The notes under the pieces: generated by a model
Told to the model about the DNA's origin: nothing
What the model saw: only the letters and a program-made list of their open reading frames with translations
Database searches by the model: none
Position numbers and translations under genes: made by a program
Shown: positions 40,001 through 50,033 of the stretch, one piece after another
Layout: each line of letters opens with the position of its first letter
How positions within the stretch are numbered: position 1 is the stretch's first letter
Origin: a virus
Reading direction: 5' to 3' (one strand)
IMG/VR virus record: IMGVR_UViG_3300030202_002773
Coordinates: 1 to 64,000 of that record
Length of the DNA stretch: 64,000 nucleotides

Positions 40001-43000
40001 TATACAAAATCTTTTAGCAGATTCTGCCTCTTTCCCTGTAATGCTTAAAAGGTTAGAAGATGCAGGACCATTAAAACCACATTTAGCTGAAGTACATAAA
40101 AGATTAAAAGAAACAAAAGATAATAATTTAAGAGCAGCTTTTGCATTTACTTTTAAACAAAGTAAAAATAATTTCTTTTTAGTTAAAGAAACTGTAGAAG
40201 GATTACAATTTATAAATTCTGATCGTAATGCTGTTGAATCTAGACTGTTAGACCAATGGAGAACTAATTCAGTACAGTATGAAGGATTTCCAAATGAAAG
40301 ACATTTATATAAAATAAGACAAGTAAGAGATAATTTAATTTATACTCCTAATAAAAATAGAGTTAAAAAAATAAATTCTACTTTTGACTCAATGAATAAA
40401 ATATATGATGCTAATCCTACATTACCTGTTTCTGAAGAAAGGATTGAAGATTTAATTAATTTTTTATATATGCTTGGAATAGATATAGGAACTTCACCTG
40501 AAATATCTAAAAACCTATTAAGTACTTATTTTAGAGAAGGATCAAGAGATTTTTCTAAAACAGGAGAAAAATTAAAAGAAGTAGCTTTATATAAAGCAAT
40601 GTTAGATAATAATACATCTACAGAAATATCAAGACTTGTAAAAGGTCTTAATGCTAATGAAAATATTTATAATAATTATAGAGGAGTATTATCTAGATTT
40701 GTTAACATAGCAATGAAAAGTGATGTAGATATTTTTACATCCTTTATGAATGTTAAAAATAATTCTATGTTTCCTATAAATATGCCAACTGTATTTGATG
40801 ATTTAATTTTAAATTTAAAAGGAAATAATAGAAACTTTTTTACACCTTATTTAGAAGATAGTTTTTATAACCCTTCAGAGTATAATACTGCTGCAAGATC
40901 TTTATGGTTAACAATATATGGAGGACTTGCAGGTAATTTTTCTACGGAAGCTAGACAAAATTTAAAAGCTGAAACTTTAGATGGATATAAAAAATTTAGC
41001 GGTAGAGGTTTTGATTTTGGTGAAATGAATGAATTACAATCTGCTTATATAAGACTTGGATTATTTATGGATAGATCTGGTAAAAGAGGATATGTTAATA
41101 TAGTTGCTCCTAATTTTTCTGATAGATCTAAATTAAAAAAATATTCAGTTCCCTCTATAGATACTATAACAAAAAAATTAAATATATCTGAAAAAGATAT
41201 AATAAAAGGTATTATAATTCAAGATTTAATGAGGTATCAACAAGCAGAATTAGATACTCAAACTGAAGAAGAAGGAGGATTACCAGTCAATCAATTGATA
41301 CCTGGATTTCATTATTTAGAAACTCCTGGAGATGGTTTAGGTAGAGCTTTTCAATTAATGCAATTTACTGCAGTTGAAAATTCTGAAATATTTGGAACAA
41401 AAGTAGAAAAATATTTAAGTGATGTAAATTGGGAAGATTATCTTAGTGGAAATCTAATGTCTATAAATAGAGAAGCTGTAGATCAAGCTTTAAATACTCA
41501 AGTAGAAAATGTTATTGAGTCTATGAATAATAATATTGAAAAAAATATGAAATATTATACTGATCAGGGACTAATGGCTAAACTTAATAAGTCTTCAACT
41601 AATCCATATACAAGTAAAAGAGAATTATTTAGACAATATGAATTAAATAATATGATTCATAAAATAGAACTTCAAAAATTTACTAGAGGTGGAATAGCAT
41701 TTAATAAAAGTTACACAGATTTTTCTAAAAGATTTGGTAACATGGAAACTCCTGGATATAAATTATTAATAAAAGGAGAGTTAAAAGATGAAAGTTTTGG
41801 ATTTTATAAAGAATTTAATGAAGGTTTAATAGAAGACTTTTTTACTACACCTTTAATTTATGATGAAATTGGAGAATCTATTACAGCTACATTACAACAA
41901 CAAGGGGATCCTGAAGCTGAAAGTCTAGGTAATTTATATAAAGGAGGACAGTCTAATAAATCAGATGCTTTTGGAGTTGTGTCTATAGATTTTTATAAAG
42001 CATTTCAGCAAGGAAAAGGAGAATGGCAAAAAGAAGATGAAGAAGCATTTCAAAATTATAAAAATGGAAAACCAGGAAGTAGATTTTTTAGAGACAATAG
42101 TGGCAGGCGTAGAAGAGTAGCTCCTATTAAAACATATTTTGATGCTATGATTGTTAAAAATGGTAGTATGATTCCTAGTAATACTAAAAATTCATATATG
42201 GTATTATTAGAAGAGTTTACACTAAGTAATCCTACTACAGAAATGATAAGACAAAGACTAGAAAAAGAAAGTAATTTCTATCATTTACCTGAAATGCATG
42301 TATTAAATACTGTTAGTACTAAAAAATTAGCCTATAGTGGCGTAGAAGACCTTAATAATAAAGATAATGTATTAGAAAAATTAACTAATATGGCAGTAAC
42401 ATCTCATCCAGGTTCTTCTTTAAGAATTCCTCAAATAATTCCAGAAAAAAATAAAAATTCTGGAATATTTGCTAGGCAATTTATGATAAATATTATAGCT
42501 AATATGGATTTAAATAATCCTTCTCTTGATTATAATGTAAATGAAAATAGATCTAATTCTCTTTCACTAAATGCAAAACAAGTTTTTGATTTATATCAAA
42601 ATTCTATTGTAAATATGATAGATAATAGCTTTAATGATTTTATTACTAAAATAGGTTATAAAGGTTTAATAAATGCAACAGGACATGAAAATAGAATAGA
42701 ATCACAATTAAATTTATTTAAAAGTTTAAGAGAAAGAATAAGTGAAGAATTAAAAGAAAGAGAATTATCTAATAATTATACAAATGCTTTAAATATAGAA
42801 AAAACAGAAAAAGGAAATTATAGATTTAAAACACCACTAGCTTTTCCTTTTATAAAGCGTAAAACAGAAAGTCTTGTTATGGGAATGCTTAAAAAAGATA
42901 TTGCTAAGCAGACTATTAATGGAGGAAGCGCTAAGCAAATTGCAGAATTGGGAGGACATATAACTTATGAACAATCTACAGGTCTACCAAGTAATTGGAC

Positions 43001-45449
43001 AGAATTAAAATTTATTAGAAATAAAGATGGAAGTATAAAACATGCAGAAGTAGCTATACGTGCAGATGTTGCTGCTCGATATGGTCTTAAACCAGGTCAA
43101 AATTTAAACTCTATACCTGAAAGTTTAAGAACTTTAGTAGCATATCGTATTCCTAATCAAGGTAAAAATTCTATGCTTCCTATGATTATTAAGTATGTAT
43201 TACCTGAAAATTATGACCAAGCAATTGTTGTTCCTGGGGGAATTACAACTCAACAAGGAGGTGATTTTGATATTGATACATTATATTTAATGATGCCTAA
43301 CACTAGAAGAAATTCTCAAACGAATAAAATAGAAAAAATAAATGTAGATTATAATAAATTATTTCTAGATGGTCAATTAAATTATATAGAATTAGAAAAA
43401 TTAAATAGACAAGAATTAGAAAATATAATAATAGATTTATCAGAAGCTATTCTTAGATCTAAAAAACACTTTAAAGAAGTTGTACAGCCTTTAGATTCTC
43501 CGGATCTTAAAAATATTGCAGAAAATATAAAAGAGGTATTAAATTTAGAACAAACATTTGACCATAATGATTCATTTTCAGAAATACAATTAGAAAGAAT
43601 GAATAAAGACGGTAATAATGGAATTGGTATTTATGCAAATGCGCTATCCGGTAAAAATATTGCTGTTTATTCTGAATTACATTTAAAAGCAGGATTAGCT
43701 CCTATTATTGATAATAAAGAATATAATAATTTACAAGTATTTAAAGATGATAAAAGTACTTCTAAACGTACTCCAGACAGAGAAAGTGAGCTTATAGAGT
43801 ATAATATATCTAAAAAATTAAGTTCTGCAGTAGATAATGCAAAAGCTCCTGATATGTTTTTTAGAAATGATAATCTTTTAACATCTCCTATAAATACTTT
43901 ATTTGATTCTTTAGGAATTAATGAATTTACTACACATGATTATTTAAATCAGCCTATTATTAAAATGTTAACTAAAGTGTATCAAGATGGTGAGTATACA
44001 CCTAATATGTTATATGAAGCTGCAAGTGCAACTTGGGATCAATATATAGATAAATATGATACAGGCGCATCTTTGAATATGCCATTCTCAGAACTTACAG
44101 ATTTTGGATTTTCAGATATGTTTACTGAAAAGTTACAAAATATATCAGAAGAAAATATAGATCATGAAGATCAACTTGGATATCTTAATAATTTTTTATC
44201 ATTTCATAAAACAGGTAGAGAATTAACAAGTGCTTATGTAGTTCTTAATCAAGATAAAGGTGCAGATCAAGCTAGCTTTGGAGGATTACTTTCTTTTAAA
44301 GGAAGGAGAAATGTTTTATTACAGAATGATACTGTAAAAGGTTTTGATTCTGTATTAGATGGAACTTCATACCCTTTACAAGCTGCTTATAAGACATTAA
44401 TTGACCAAATGTTAAATTTTGGATCCGAGTTTTTTATACACAATAAAAGATCTGTAGTTAAAACTAAAGCTACAATAGCAACTTTATTAAATAAAGAAAA
44501 TTTAACAGATGTAGATCATAGAACTATTGAAGATGCTATGCTATTATACATGATGTCTAAAAATGATAGCCCACTAAGTTCTATATTTACAGATTCAAAA
44601 ATAAATGAATTATTAAGAGGTAATAAAACTAATTTATTTGCTAAATTGCAAAAATTAAAATTAGAATTTCCAGAATTGAATGAAAATGCATTTATAAAAA
44701 ACGTAGTAGAGCACCCAGAAAATATAAAAGAAGGTTCTCTTTTAACAAGAGTTAAATTTCAAAATATATATTCATTTACTAAATCTGAAGTAGATTCTTT
44801 TATTAGAAGTTTTGGTAATTTAATGGTTCATGAAAATCCTCAAATAAGAGAAATAGCTAATGATTTTATAAGTGTTTCTTTATTAACTAATGGTTTTACA
44901 CCTAGCCATGATAGTTTTATAGATATAATACCTGTAGAAGCATTAAAAAGATCTTCTAATTATTTTTATGATCAATTCGATCTGTTAGACAATATAGAGT
45001 ATTTTGATAATGATTTTGCACATGATTTTGTACGTAATTTTTATTATACAGATATAGTAAATAATATTAGAGTTTCAAAAAACGTTGTAAATTCTAATGT
45101 AATCAAACTTAATTGGAAAGATAGTAGAATTTATTCTAAAAATTTAAATAAAACAGTAGATTATTTTACTGTATCTAATAATCAAGGAACTAAATTATTT
45201 GTTAAAAATGCAGAAGTTGGAAATGATGTATTTTATGAAAGATCTACTACAAAAGGTATACCACATGGATTAAAAGAAATAAATATAAAAAATTCTGAAG
45301 GTATAAAAATAGAAAAATCAGTTATTCAATCAAATTATATAAATAAAAGTAATACAAAACCTGGACTAGCTCGAATACATGAAAATAAAGTTAATGAAGC
45401 AGTTGCAGATAATGAAGACGCAATTAAAAGATGTATAAATATAACATAA
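37083..45449 (+). CDS. virion-packaged two-barrel DNA-dependent RNA polymerase (phi14:2 gp66-like) with upstream zincin-like domain
   Basis: YRIPNQGKNSM and GGDFDIDTL (DFDID at 43263-43277), KRF...TPG, SSAVDNAK; HEGYH (38943-38957) followed by EEKMAE. Confidence 0.9.
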   Translation: MGCNENKIGSIEARLAKIARMKAALEERLQEQTQKDSSTITIANAKFDNEIQNVEGTIRRNVTIKNEEIVPVKRNPNTINNLPDEVDNSRLNSQQILPGDFVDVALIENDYWANIKNEVAEPWMEAPLYIIDKEGNKLDLLEAYKEHNLNTHARKAIYEALQEDKKVELKVESKIPNFNNIRIGGMPVFFDISEQLKMHTFRDTDGNFVTAVNENTKPILLVATGIGKNPKWNTGDLSYLETKIQEAIYGDLGEPKRLPKSEHMGNVFALSLTPEGKYSYVKLSTRSLSNKAYEYVLNELKNNRSENINQIVGNNTLKEVSHKDPNFLSIETINIEENKDLTFINFYSPKHDKAIRITSEEFNKGLNKEVFSFNTGKFIITNPEKLVPDFKWQTSKTIKVSKSDNVNPVINEFLEVLKNKKHQIDIDLLTSTENFSIPGFTKPSGYNSYQEYLFDENAHGDPYAYNIPVKNNKAILNTDIKNIEGSIYYNTHVVFNDVLIDGKSILSDPTLMPEGGLNPAIAPKLTGAPKGQSVGPKLNKGPKLGPSELEDLSAFSVTVGNKKAPPLNPERAKAWLEERFGKGSTTILQGVNKIGNITRHGYFENMAFYLYQNARIGVEYHEGYHGMFRMWLTDKQREALYNEARKKYGIPTDKEIKELNDTREKFGLGRLPIKEAEELVLEEKMAEDFREYMLTDGNSSPGGKIAKFFKSIWNFIKSMFTDSMSIRQSYEMLESNVVPVTFKRNIQRFSGDTANSIEGYTDKNIKEVLDYLTARYRKTINDYQAKGKKVPYKSLNTRIKNSVLREAFSTTEGLPIEGPQDLEVLRQWYDSRFDGLLKDNNIVKASPQPIIGEPKTQGYPAQNNHDYLISIYENWNDIIDNSNTENLRRIGFENLMQDTLRARGLNLKLGEVILEEIEEGSAYERIYSRSRVEEDMRSKIGSKVKEFLSTIPTGEASYLGYEVYMEFDKVYKDIQNLLADSASFPVMLKRLEDAGPLKPHLAEVHKRLKETKDNNLRAAFAFTFKQSKNNFFLVKETVEGLQFINSDRNAVESRLLDQWRTNSVQYEGFPNERHLYKIRQVRDNLIYTPNKNRVKKINSTFDSMNKIYDANPTLPVSEERIEDLINFLYMLGIDIGTSPEISKNLLSTYFREGSRDFSKTGEKLKEVALYKAMLDNNTSTEISRLVKGLNANENIYNNYRGVLSRFVNIAMKSDVDIFTSFMNVKNNSMFPINMPTVFDDLILNLKGNNRNFFTPYLEDSFYNPSEYNTAARSLWLTIYGGLAGNFSTEARQNLKAETLDGYKKFSGRGFDFGEMNELQSAYIRLGLFMDRSGKRGYVNIVAPNFSDRSKLKKYSVPSIDTITKKLNISEKDIIKGIIIQDLMRYQQAELDTQTEEEGGLPVNQLIPGFHYLETPGDGLGRAFQLMQFTAVENSEIFGTKVEKYLSDVNWEDYLSGNLMSINREAVDQALNTQVENVIESMNNNIEKNMKYYTDQGLMAKLNKSSTNPYTSKRELFRQYELNNMIHKIELQKFTRGGIAFNKSYTDFSKRFGNMETPGYKLLIKGELKDESFGFYKEFNEGLIEDFFTTPLIYDEIGESITATLQQQGDPEAESLGNLYKGGQSNKSDAFGVVSIDFYKAFQQGKGEWQKEDEEAFQNYKNGKPGSRFFRDNSGRRRRVAPIKTYFDAMIVKNGSMIPSNTKNSYMVLLEEFTLSNPTTEMIRQRLEKESNFYHLPEMHVLNTVSTKKLAYSGVEDLNNKDNVLEKLTNMAVTSHPGSSLRIPQIIPEKNKNSGIFARQFMINIIANMDLNNPSLDYNVNENRSNSLSLNAKQVFDLYQNSIVNMIDNSFNDFITKIGYKGLINATGHENRIESQLNLFKSLRERISEELKERELSNNYTNALNIEKTEKGNYRFKTPLAFPFIKRKTESLVMGMLKKDIAKQTINGGSAKQIAELGGHITYEQSTGLPSNWTELKFIRNKDGSIKHAEVAIRADVAARYGLKPGQNLNSIPESLRTLVAYRIPNQGKNSMLPMIIKYVLPENYDQAIVVPGGITTQQGGDFDIDTLYLMMPNTRRNSQTNKIEKINVDYNKLFLDGQLNYIELEKLNRQELENIIIDLSEAILRSKKHFKEVVQPLDSPDLKNIAENIKEVLNLEQTFDHNDSFSEIQLERMNKDGNNGIGIYANALSGKNIAVYSELHLKAGLAPIIDNKEYNNLQVFKDDKSTSKRTPDRESELIEYNISKKLSSAVDNAKAPDMFFRNDNLLTSPINTLFDSLGINEFTTHDYLNQPIIKMLTKVYQDGEYTPNMLYEAASATWDQYIDKYDTGASLNMPFSELTDFGFSDMFTEKLQNISEENIDHEDQLGYLNNFLSFHKTGRELTSAYVVLNQDKGADQASFGGLLSFKGRRNVLLQNDTVKGFDSVLDGTSYPLQAAYKTLIDQMLNFGSEFFIHNKRSVVKTKATIATLLNKENLTDVDHRTIEDAMLLYMMSKNDSPLSSIFTDSKINELLRGNKTNLFAKLQKLKLEFPELNENAFIKNVVEHPENIKEGSLLTRVKFQNIYSFTKSEVDSFIRSFGNLMVHENPQIREIANDFISVSLLTNGFTPSHDSFIDIIPVEALKRSSNYFYDQFDLLDNIEYFDNDFAHDFVRNFYYTDIVNNIRVSKNVVNSNVIKLNWKDSRIYSKNLNKTVDYFTVSNNQGTKLFVKNAEVGNDVFYERSTTKGIPHGLKEINIKNSEGIKIEKSVIQSNYINKSNTKPGLARIHENKVNEAVADNEDAIKRCINIT

Positions 45450-45453
45450 TACT

Positions 45454-48400
45454 ATGAGATGTAGATTTTATTTACACGGGAAACCTAGCCAATTTTTAAC
45501 AGATTTATATAATGCTGTAGAAGAAATAAATCCTAATTTAGGTATGATACATGATATACTTAAACATTATAAAGTTATACAACAAAGATACGGTAAGATG
45601 TTTATTTACCAAGGAGAAGATTCTAGTATAGCTTTAAATCATGTTCGAAGAATAAATAGAAGATATCCTAATTTAATAGCTTATGAATATAAAGGTCAAA
45701 CTAGTAATAGGTTTGGACGGGAAAATAATGAAAAATATACATTTGAGATAAATACAGCTGTTCTTAATAATGTAAAAAATATGAGTTTTCCTGAAGACGC
45801 TATAGAAATAGAAAAGGAAGAACGATTAGCTGCTCAAGCTAGAGAGGAAAGGGATATGAAACTTGCTGAACAATCATTATCAGAACAAGTTAGGAGAGAA
45901 AATACATCAGAGAATAAAAGTTTATTTGGAAAAGAAGAAGAAAAAAGTGAATCTGTAAAAAAAGCAGATAAATTAAAACATCATTTTAAAGGAGTTGGAG
46001 TAGATATTAATGTAAATTTTACTAATGATTTAGCACCTAATGTTTCAGCAGATATTACAGGCACCGGCCCTAGATCTGCAGATGTAAGATTAAATAATAC
46101 ATATCTACAAGATGATGGTGTATATCATGAATTTGGACATGCTTATATAGATCTTCTTGGTATAGATAATACTTTAGTTAAACAGGCTTTTAAACAGCTT
46201 AAAGGGTCTGAATTAGAAAAAACAGTACTTAATTCTTATCCTGGGTTAGAAGGTGTAAAATTACAAAAAGAAGTATTAGCAACAGCTATAGGATTAGAAG
46301 GAGCTAAGGTAGAAAAAAAGAATCCATCTAAAATACAAATTTTATTAAATAAAATATTTAGAAGTATTGGAAAATTATTAGGTATAAATCAAAATGCTGC
46401 TGCTATATTAGCTGAGCAAATGTTTGCTGGAGAAATAAGATCTAAATATCTTATTGGAGAAATAAGTGGATTTACACAAGAATCTAAAGATAGAAATTCT
46501 TTACAAAAGAAAATTGATGATGTTAGAATATATACGAGAAAACTTAAACGAATAGCAGAACAACGTAATGATGCAGCTAGTCAGGCAAGAGCTGAGGCAC
46601 TAGAACAAACTTTAGAAAATATAAAATCACTAGAAGATTTTATATCTTTTATAGATATGTCTGCTAAAATAACTTCTAATATTGCAAATAAATATCAGTT
46701 ATTACAAAATAAAATAAAAGCAGGTGAAAAAATTGAAACTTCAGATCAAGCTACTTTAGCTGAATTAAATCAATATATACAGGGTTTTGATATTCTAGAA
46801 GGATTAGAAGTACTTTTTACGGAAGAAAAGCAAAATAGAGTAAAACAAACAACAGCTTTTAATACAGCATATGATAAACTTGGAGCTGTTGTTAGACAAA
46901 GAAAATATTTAGAACAGCAATATATAGATATTGCAATTCCAATACAAGCAGAGTTTTTATCTCCATATATATCTCAAGAAGTTAATGAAAATTTAGATAG
47001 TTTAATACAAAATATTGATGAGCAAGAAGGTATTGATAATAAAGTATTAGCTGCAAAAAGACATTTAGATAAAAAAGATAATAATTGGATTCAATTAAAT
47101 AAAGATCTAAAACAAAAAAGAATTTCTGAAGAGGAGTATAAAAATAATCTTATATCTTTAGTTAAAGAGCAGTTAGAAAATAAGAAAATGCATAAAAAAA
47201 CATTAATTCAAATTTTAACAAGAGCTCATAAAGATGGAAGTACTTTTTCTTATTGGATGGATCCATTAGTTTGGTCTAACGATAATGCTATACAATTATT
47301 TGCATTAGCAGTTAAAGATGCATTATATGAAGGAGATGAAAAAAGTAGAGAAACTCAATATAAAATTCAAGAATTATATAATAATTTCACTGAAGGAGTT
47401 ACAGGAATAAACAATGTTCAAAAGTTATATGAAGATTTAACAGAAGATATTAAAACTTGGGTAAGAGATGAAGATGGAAGTTATAAACAGATAGATAGAG
47501 CTGGATGGGTACAAGAATTAGATATGCCTAGATATCAAAAGAATAAACAACAAGCAGTCGAGCAAGCAAAAAACAAAACTTATTTTAGGGAAAGAAAGGA
47601 TTTTGAAAGCGATGAGCTATTTGAAGACTATAAAAATAGTATAGTGGATTATAAAGTTAATGGTAAAGTTGTATATAAAGCTCAAACTAAAGAAGAAGCT
47701 TATAGATTAGTTAGAAGAGCATTTGGAGAGGCAATGGGGAAATGGAGACAAGAAAATACAGTACCTAAAAGAGATGCTCAAGAAATTATGAGAAAGCATG
47801 AAGATAAAATAGCTTATGTTTATAAAGAAATGAGACCTCTTCAAAAAAAGCTTGACGATAATACAATAACATCTATAGAAATAGAAAAATTAAATTCTTT
47901 AGAAATAGAATTAAGTATTTTAGACAATTGGAGACAAACTAATTATTATGTTAACCCAAGATATCCAGATAGCTTAACTCCTAAAGGATCGTTAGTACAA
48001 CCTTCACAAGGAGAAAAATTAGCAGGTGGTAAAAATAGAGTAGATTATACTAATTCTAAATATAAAGCTATTATGGCTGATCCTAGGAAGAGAAAGTTTT
48101 ATGAGGGAATGATATCTATATATAAAGAACATCAAGATAAATTAGGATCTGCAGGACATCAGTTAGGAAAAGATAGTTTTAGTGATATGGCCTATGCTTT
48201 ACCGTCAATAAGAAAAGTAGATAAAGATAGAGCTATAGAACAAGGAGTACTTAAAACAATGAAAGAATGGTGGGTAGATGGAACAGATATAACTGATACT
48301 GATTATCATATATACGGACAAAGATGGGAAACTATTGGAGGTAAACAGCGTAAAGTAGTACCTGCTTTTTTTACTAATGCTGTAGATAAAAATGAAATAA

Positions 48401-49989
48401 GTTTAGATTTAACTTCTAGCCTGTTAGCATTTGTAGGTATGGCTAATACATATGAAGCTAAAGCAGGAATTCAAGCTCAAGTACAAATAATGTCAGATTT
48501 AATTGAACATAGAGAAACAGATTTAACATCTCCTTCAGGAATAAAAATTATAAATGATTTAGCAAAAGGACTTGGAATTGAACAAGCTAGATCTAAAGAA
48601 GGGCGTGAGAGTAATAACTTTAAACATTTAACATCTTTTTTAGATCAAAATGTATTTGGTGAAAAAGCAATTTTAAAACAATTCTCATTTTTTGGAAAGC
48701 AATTTGAAGCTAATAAACTATCTGGTAAATTAGCTGGATATACAGCTATGAATGCTTTATCTTTCAATTTATTACAAGGAGTTAATCAAAATGTACTTGA
48801 TAATATAATTGGATATAGTGAAGCCTCTGCAGGTCAATTTATAGATAAAAAATCTTTACTTAAAGGTAAAAATACTTATTGGAGTAAAGGTGGAGCAATT
48901 GGAGATTTAGGTAAAATAGCTCCTACTACTTTTGTAGGACAAATAGCTGAAATGTATGATATGATTCAAGGAGAATTTAGAGATAATTTAGGTAAAAATG
49001 TAACAGGAACTAATGCTAAAAAATTATTTTCAAGTGATGCTATGTTCTTTTTACAGCACGGTGCAGAACATGAAGTTCAAGTAAGTAGAGGTTTAGGAAT
49101 GTTGGCATTTATGAAAGCTAAAGATAAAAAAGGTAAGCAGCTTAAAAATCCAGATGGTTCTGATATGACAATGTTAGATGCACATAGTCAAGATAGCAAG
49201 GGTAGAGTAAAAGTTGATGAAAGAGTTGCTAATTTTGATAGAATGAGATTTATGAATAGAATACATGGTATAAATAAACGTACTAATGGTGTCTATAATG
49301 ACTTTGATGCTGCACATTTAAAAAGACATTGGTATGGTAAATTAGCAATGTTATTCAGAGGATGGATGGTTCCAGGTTATAGAAGAAGATTTGGACACGG
49401 AGAGCCTTGGCATTCAGATCATGAATTAGGAGCAATAACTCAAGGAACTTATATGACTTTTTATAAAATGCTTAGAGACAGTATTAAAACTCAGAGTAAT
49501 CAATATAAAAATATGTCTGAGCTAGAAAAACAAAATGTAAGAAGAGTATCAACAGAAATATACGCTTTAGCTACTACATTTGCAATTGCTTCTGCTGCAG
49601 CATTATTAATAGATCCTGACGATGAAGAGCCTAATAGCTGGGCTGTTAATTTCTTATTATATCAAAATAGAAGATTACGTTCTGAACTTTTCTTTTATGT
49701 AAATCCACATGAAACATGGAGATTAACTAAATCGCCTACAGCAACAATTAGACCATTAGAAAATATTGGAGCATTTGCTTTATCTACTTTAGAAAATATG
49801 TATTATTTTGGACTTGGAAATTTAGGGGGATTAATACCTGAAAAAAATATTTATTACCAAAGAAAGTCTGGAGCTAATAAAAAAGGTGAACTTAAATGGG
49901 ATAATAAACTTGAAAAAGCTATTCCTATATTAAAAGGTGTTGGAACTAGTAAAACTCCTGGAGAAGCTATTAAGTGGTTTAATATGTAG
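45454..49989 (+). CDS. large cargo protein 3 of the virion RNAP cluster with zincin-like domain
   Basis: HEFGH (46126-46140) then KEVLA; C-terminal NGVYN...GKLAMLFRGWM...GTY.T region typical of the third crAss RNAP-cluster protein; single Cys at +3. Confidence 0.8.
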   Translation: MRCRFYLHGKPSQFLTDLYNAVEEINPNLGMIHDILKHYKVIQQRYGKMFIYQGEDSSIALNHVRRINRRYPNLIAYEYKGQTSNRFGRENNEKYTFEINTAVLNNVKNMSFPEDAIEIEKEERLAAQAREERDMKLAEQSLSEQVRRENTSENKSLFGKEEEKSESVKKADKLKHHFKGVGVDINVNFTNDLAPNVSADITGTGPRSADVRLNNTYLQDDGVYHEFGHAYIDLLGIDNTLVKQAFKQLKGSELEKTVLNSYPGLEGVKLQKEVLATAIGLEGAKVEKKNPSKIQILLNKIFRSIGKLLGINQNAAAILAEQMFAGEIRSKYLIGEISGFTQESKDRNSLQKKIDDVRIYTRKLKRIAEQRNDAASQARAEALEQTLENIKSLEDFISFIDMSAKITSNIANKYQLLQNKIKAGEKIETSDQATLAELNQYIQGFDILEGLEVLFTEEKQNRVKQTTAFNTAYDKLGAVVRQRKYLEQQYIDIAIPIQAEFLSPYISQEVNENLDSLIQNIDEQEGIDNKVLAAKRHLDKKDNNWIQLNKDLKQKRISEEEYKNNLISLVKEQLENKKMHKKTLIQILTRAHKDGSTFSYWMDPLVWSNDNAIQLFALAVKDALYEGDEKSRETQYKIQELYNNFTEGVTGINNVQKLYEDLTEDIKTWVRDEDGSYKQIDRAGWVQELDMPRYQKNKQQAVEQAKNKTYFRERKDFESDELFEDYKNSIVDYKVNGKVVYKAQTKEEAYRLVRRAFGEAMGKWRQENTVPKRDAQEIMRKHEDKIAYVYKEMRPLQKKLDDNTITSIEIEKLNSLEIELSILDNWRQTNYYVNPRYPDSLTPKGSLVQPSQGEKLAGGKNRVDYTNSKYKAIMADPRKRKFYEGMISIYKEHQDKLGSAGHQLGKDSFSDMAYALPSIRKVDKDRAIEQGVLKTMKEWWVDGTDITDTDYHIYGQRWETIGGKQRKVVPAFFTNAVDKNEISLDLTSSLLAFVGMANTYEAKAGIQAQVQIMSDLIEHRETDLTSPSGIKIINDLAKGLGIEQARSKEGRESNNFKHLTSFLDQNVFGEKAILKQFSFFGKQFEANKLSGKLAGYTAMNALSFNLLQGVNQNVLDNIIGYSEASAGQFIDKKSLLKGKNTYWSKGGAIGDLGKIAPTTFVGQIAEMYDMIQGEFRDNLGKNVTGTNAKKLFSSDAMFFLQHGAEHEVQVSRGLGMLAFMKAKDKKGKQLKNPDGSDMTMLDAHSQDSKGRVKVDERVANFDRMRFMNRIHGINKRTNGVYNDFDAAHLKRHWYGKLAMLFRGWMVPGYRRRFGHGEPWHSDHELGAITQGTYMTFYKMLRDSIKTQSNQYKNMSELEKQNVRRVSTEIYALATTFAIASAAALLIDPDDEEPNSWAVNFLLYQNRRLRSELFFYVNPHETWRLTKSPTATIRPLENIGAFALSTLENMYYFGLGNLGGLIPEKNIYYQRKSGANKKGELKWDNKLEKAIPILKGVGTSKTPGEAIKWFNM

Positions 49990-50000
49990 GAAATTAACGG

Positions 50001-50033
50001 AAAAAGGGGGGTAAACAACCCCCTCTTTTTTTT
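50001..50033. terminator. bidirectional rho-independent terminator
   Basis: aaaaa-gggggg taaacaa ccccc-tc-tttttttt between converging late and replication blocks. Confidence 0.85.
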
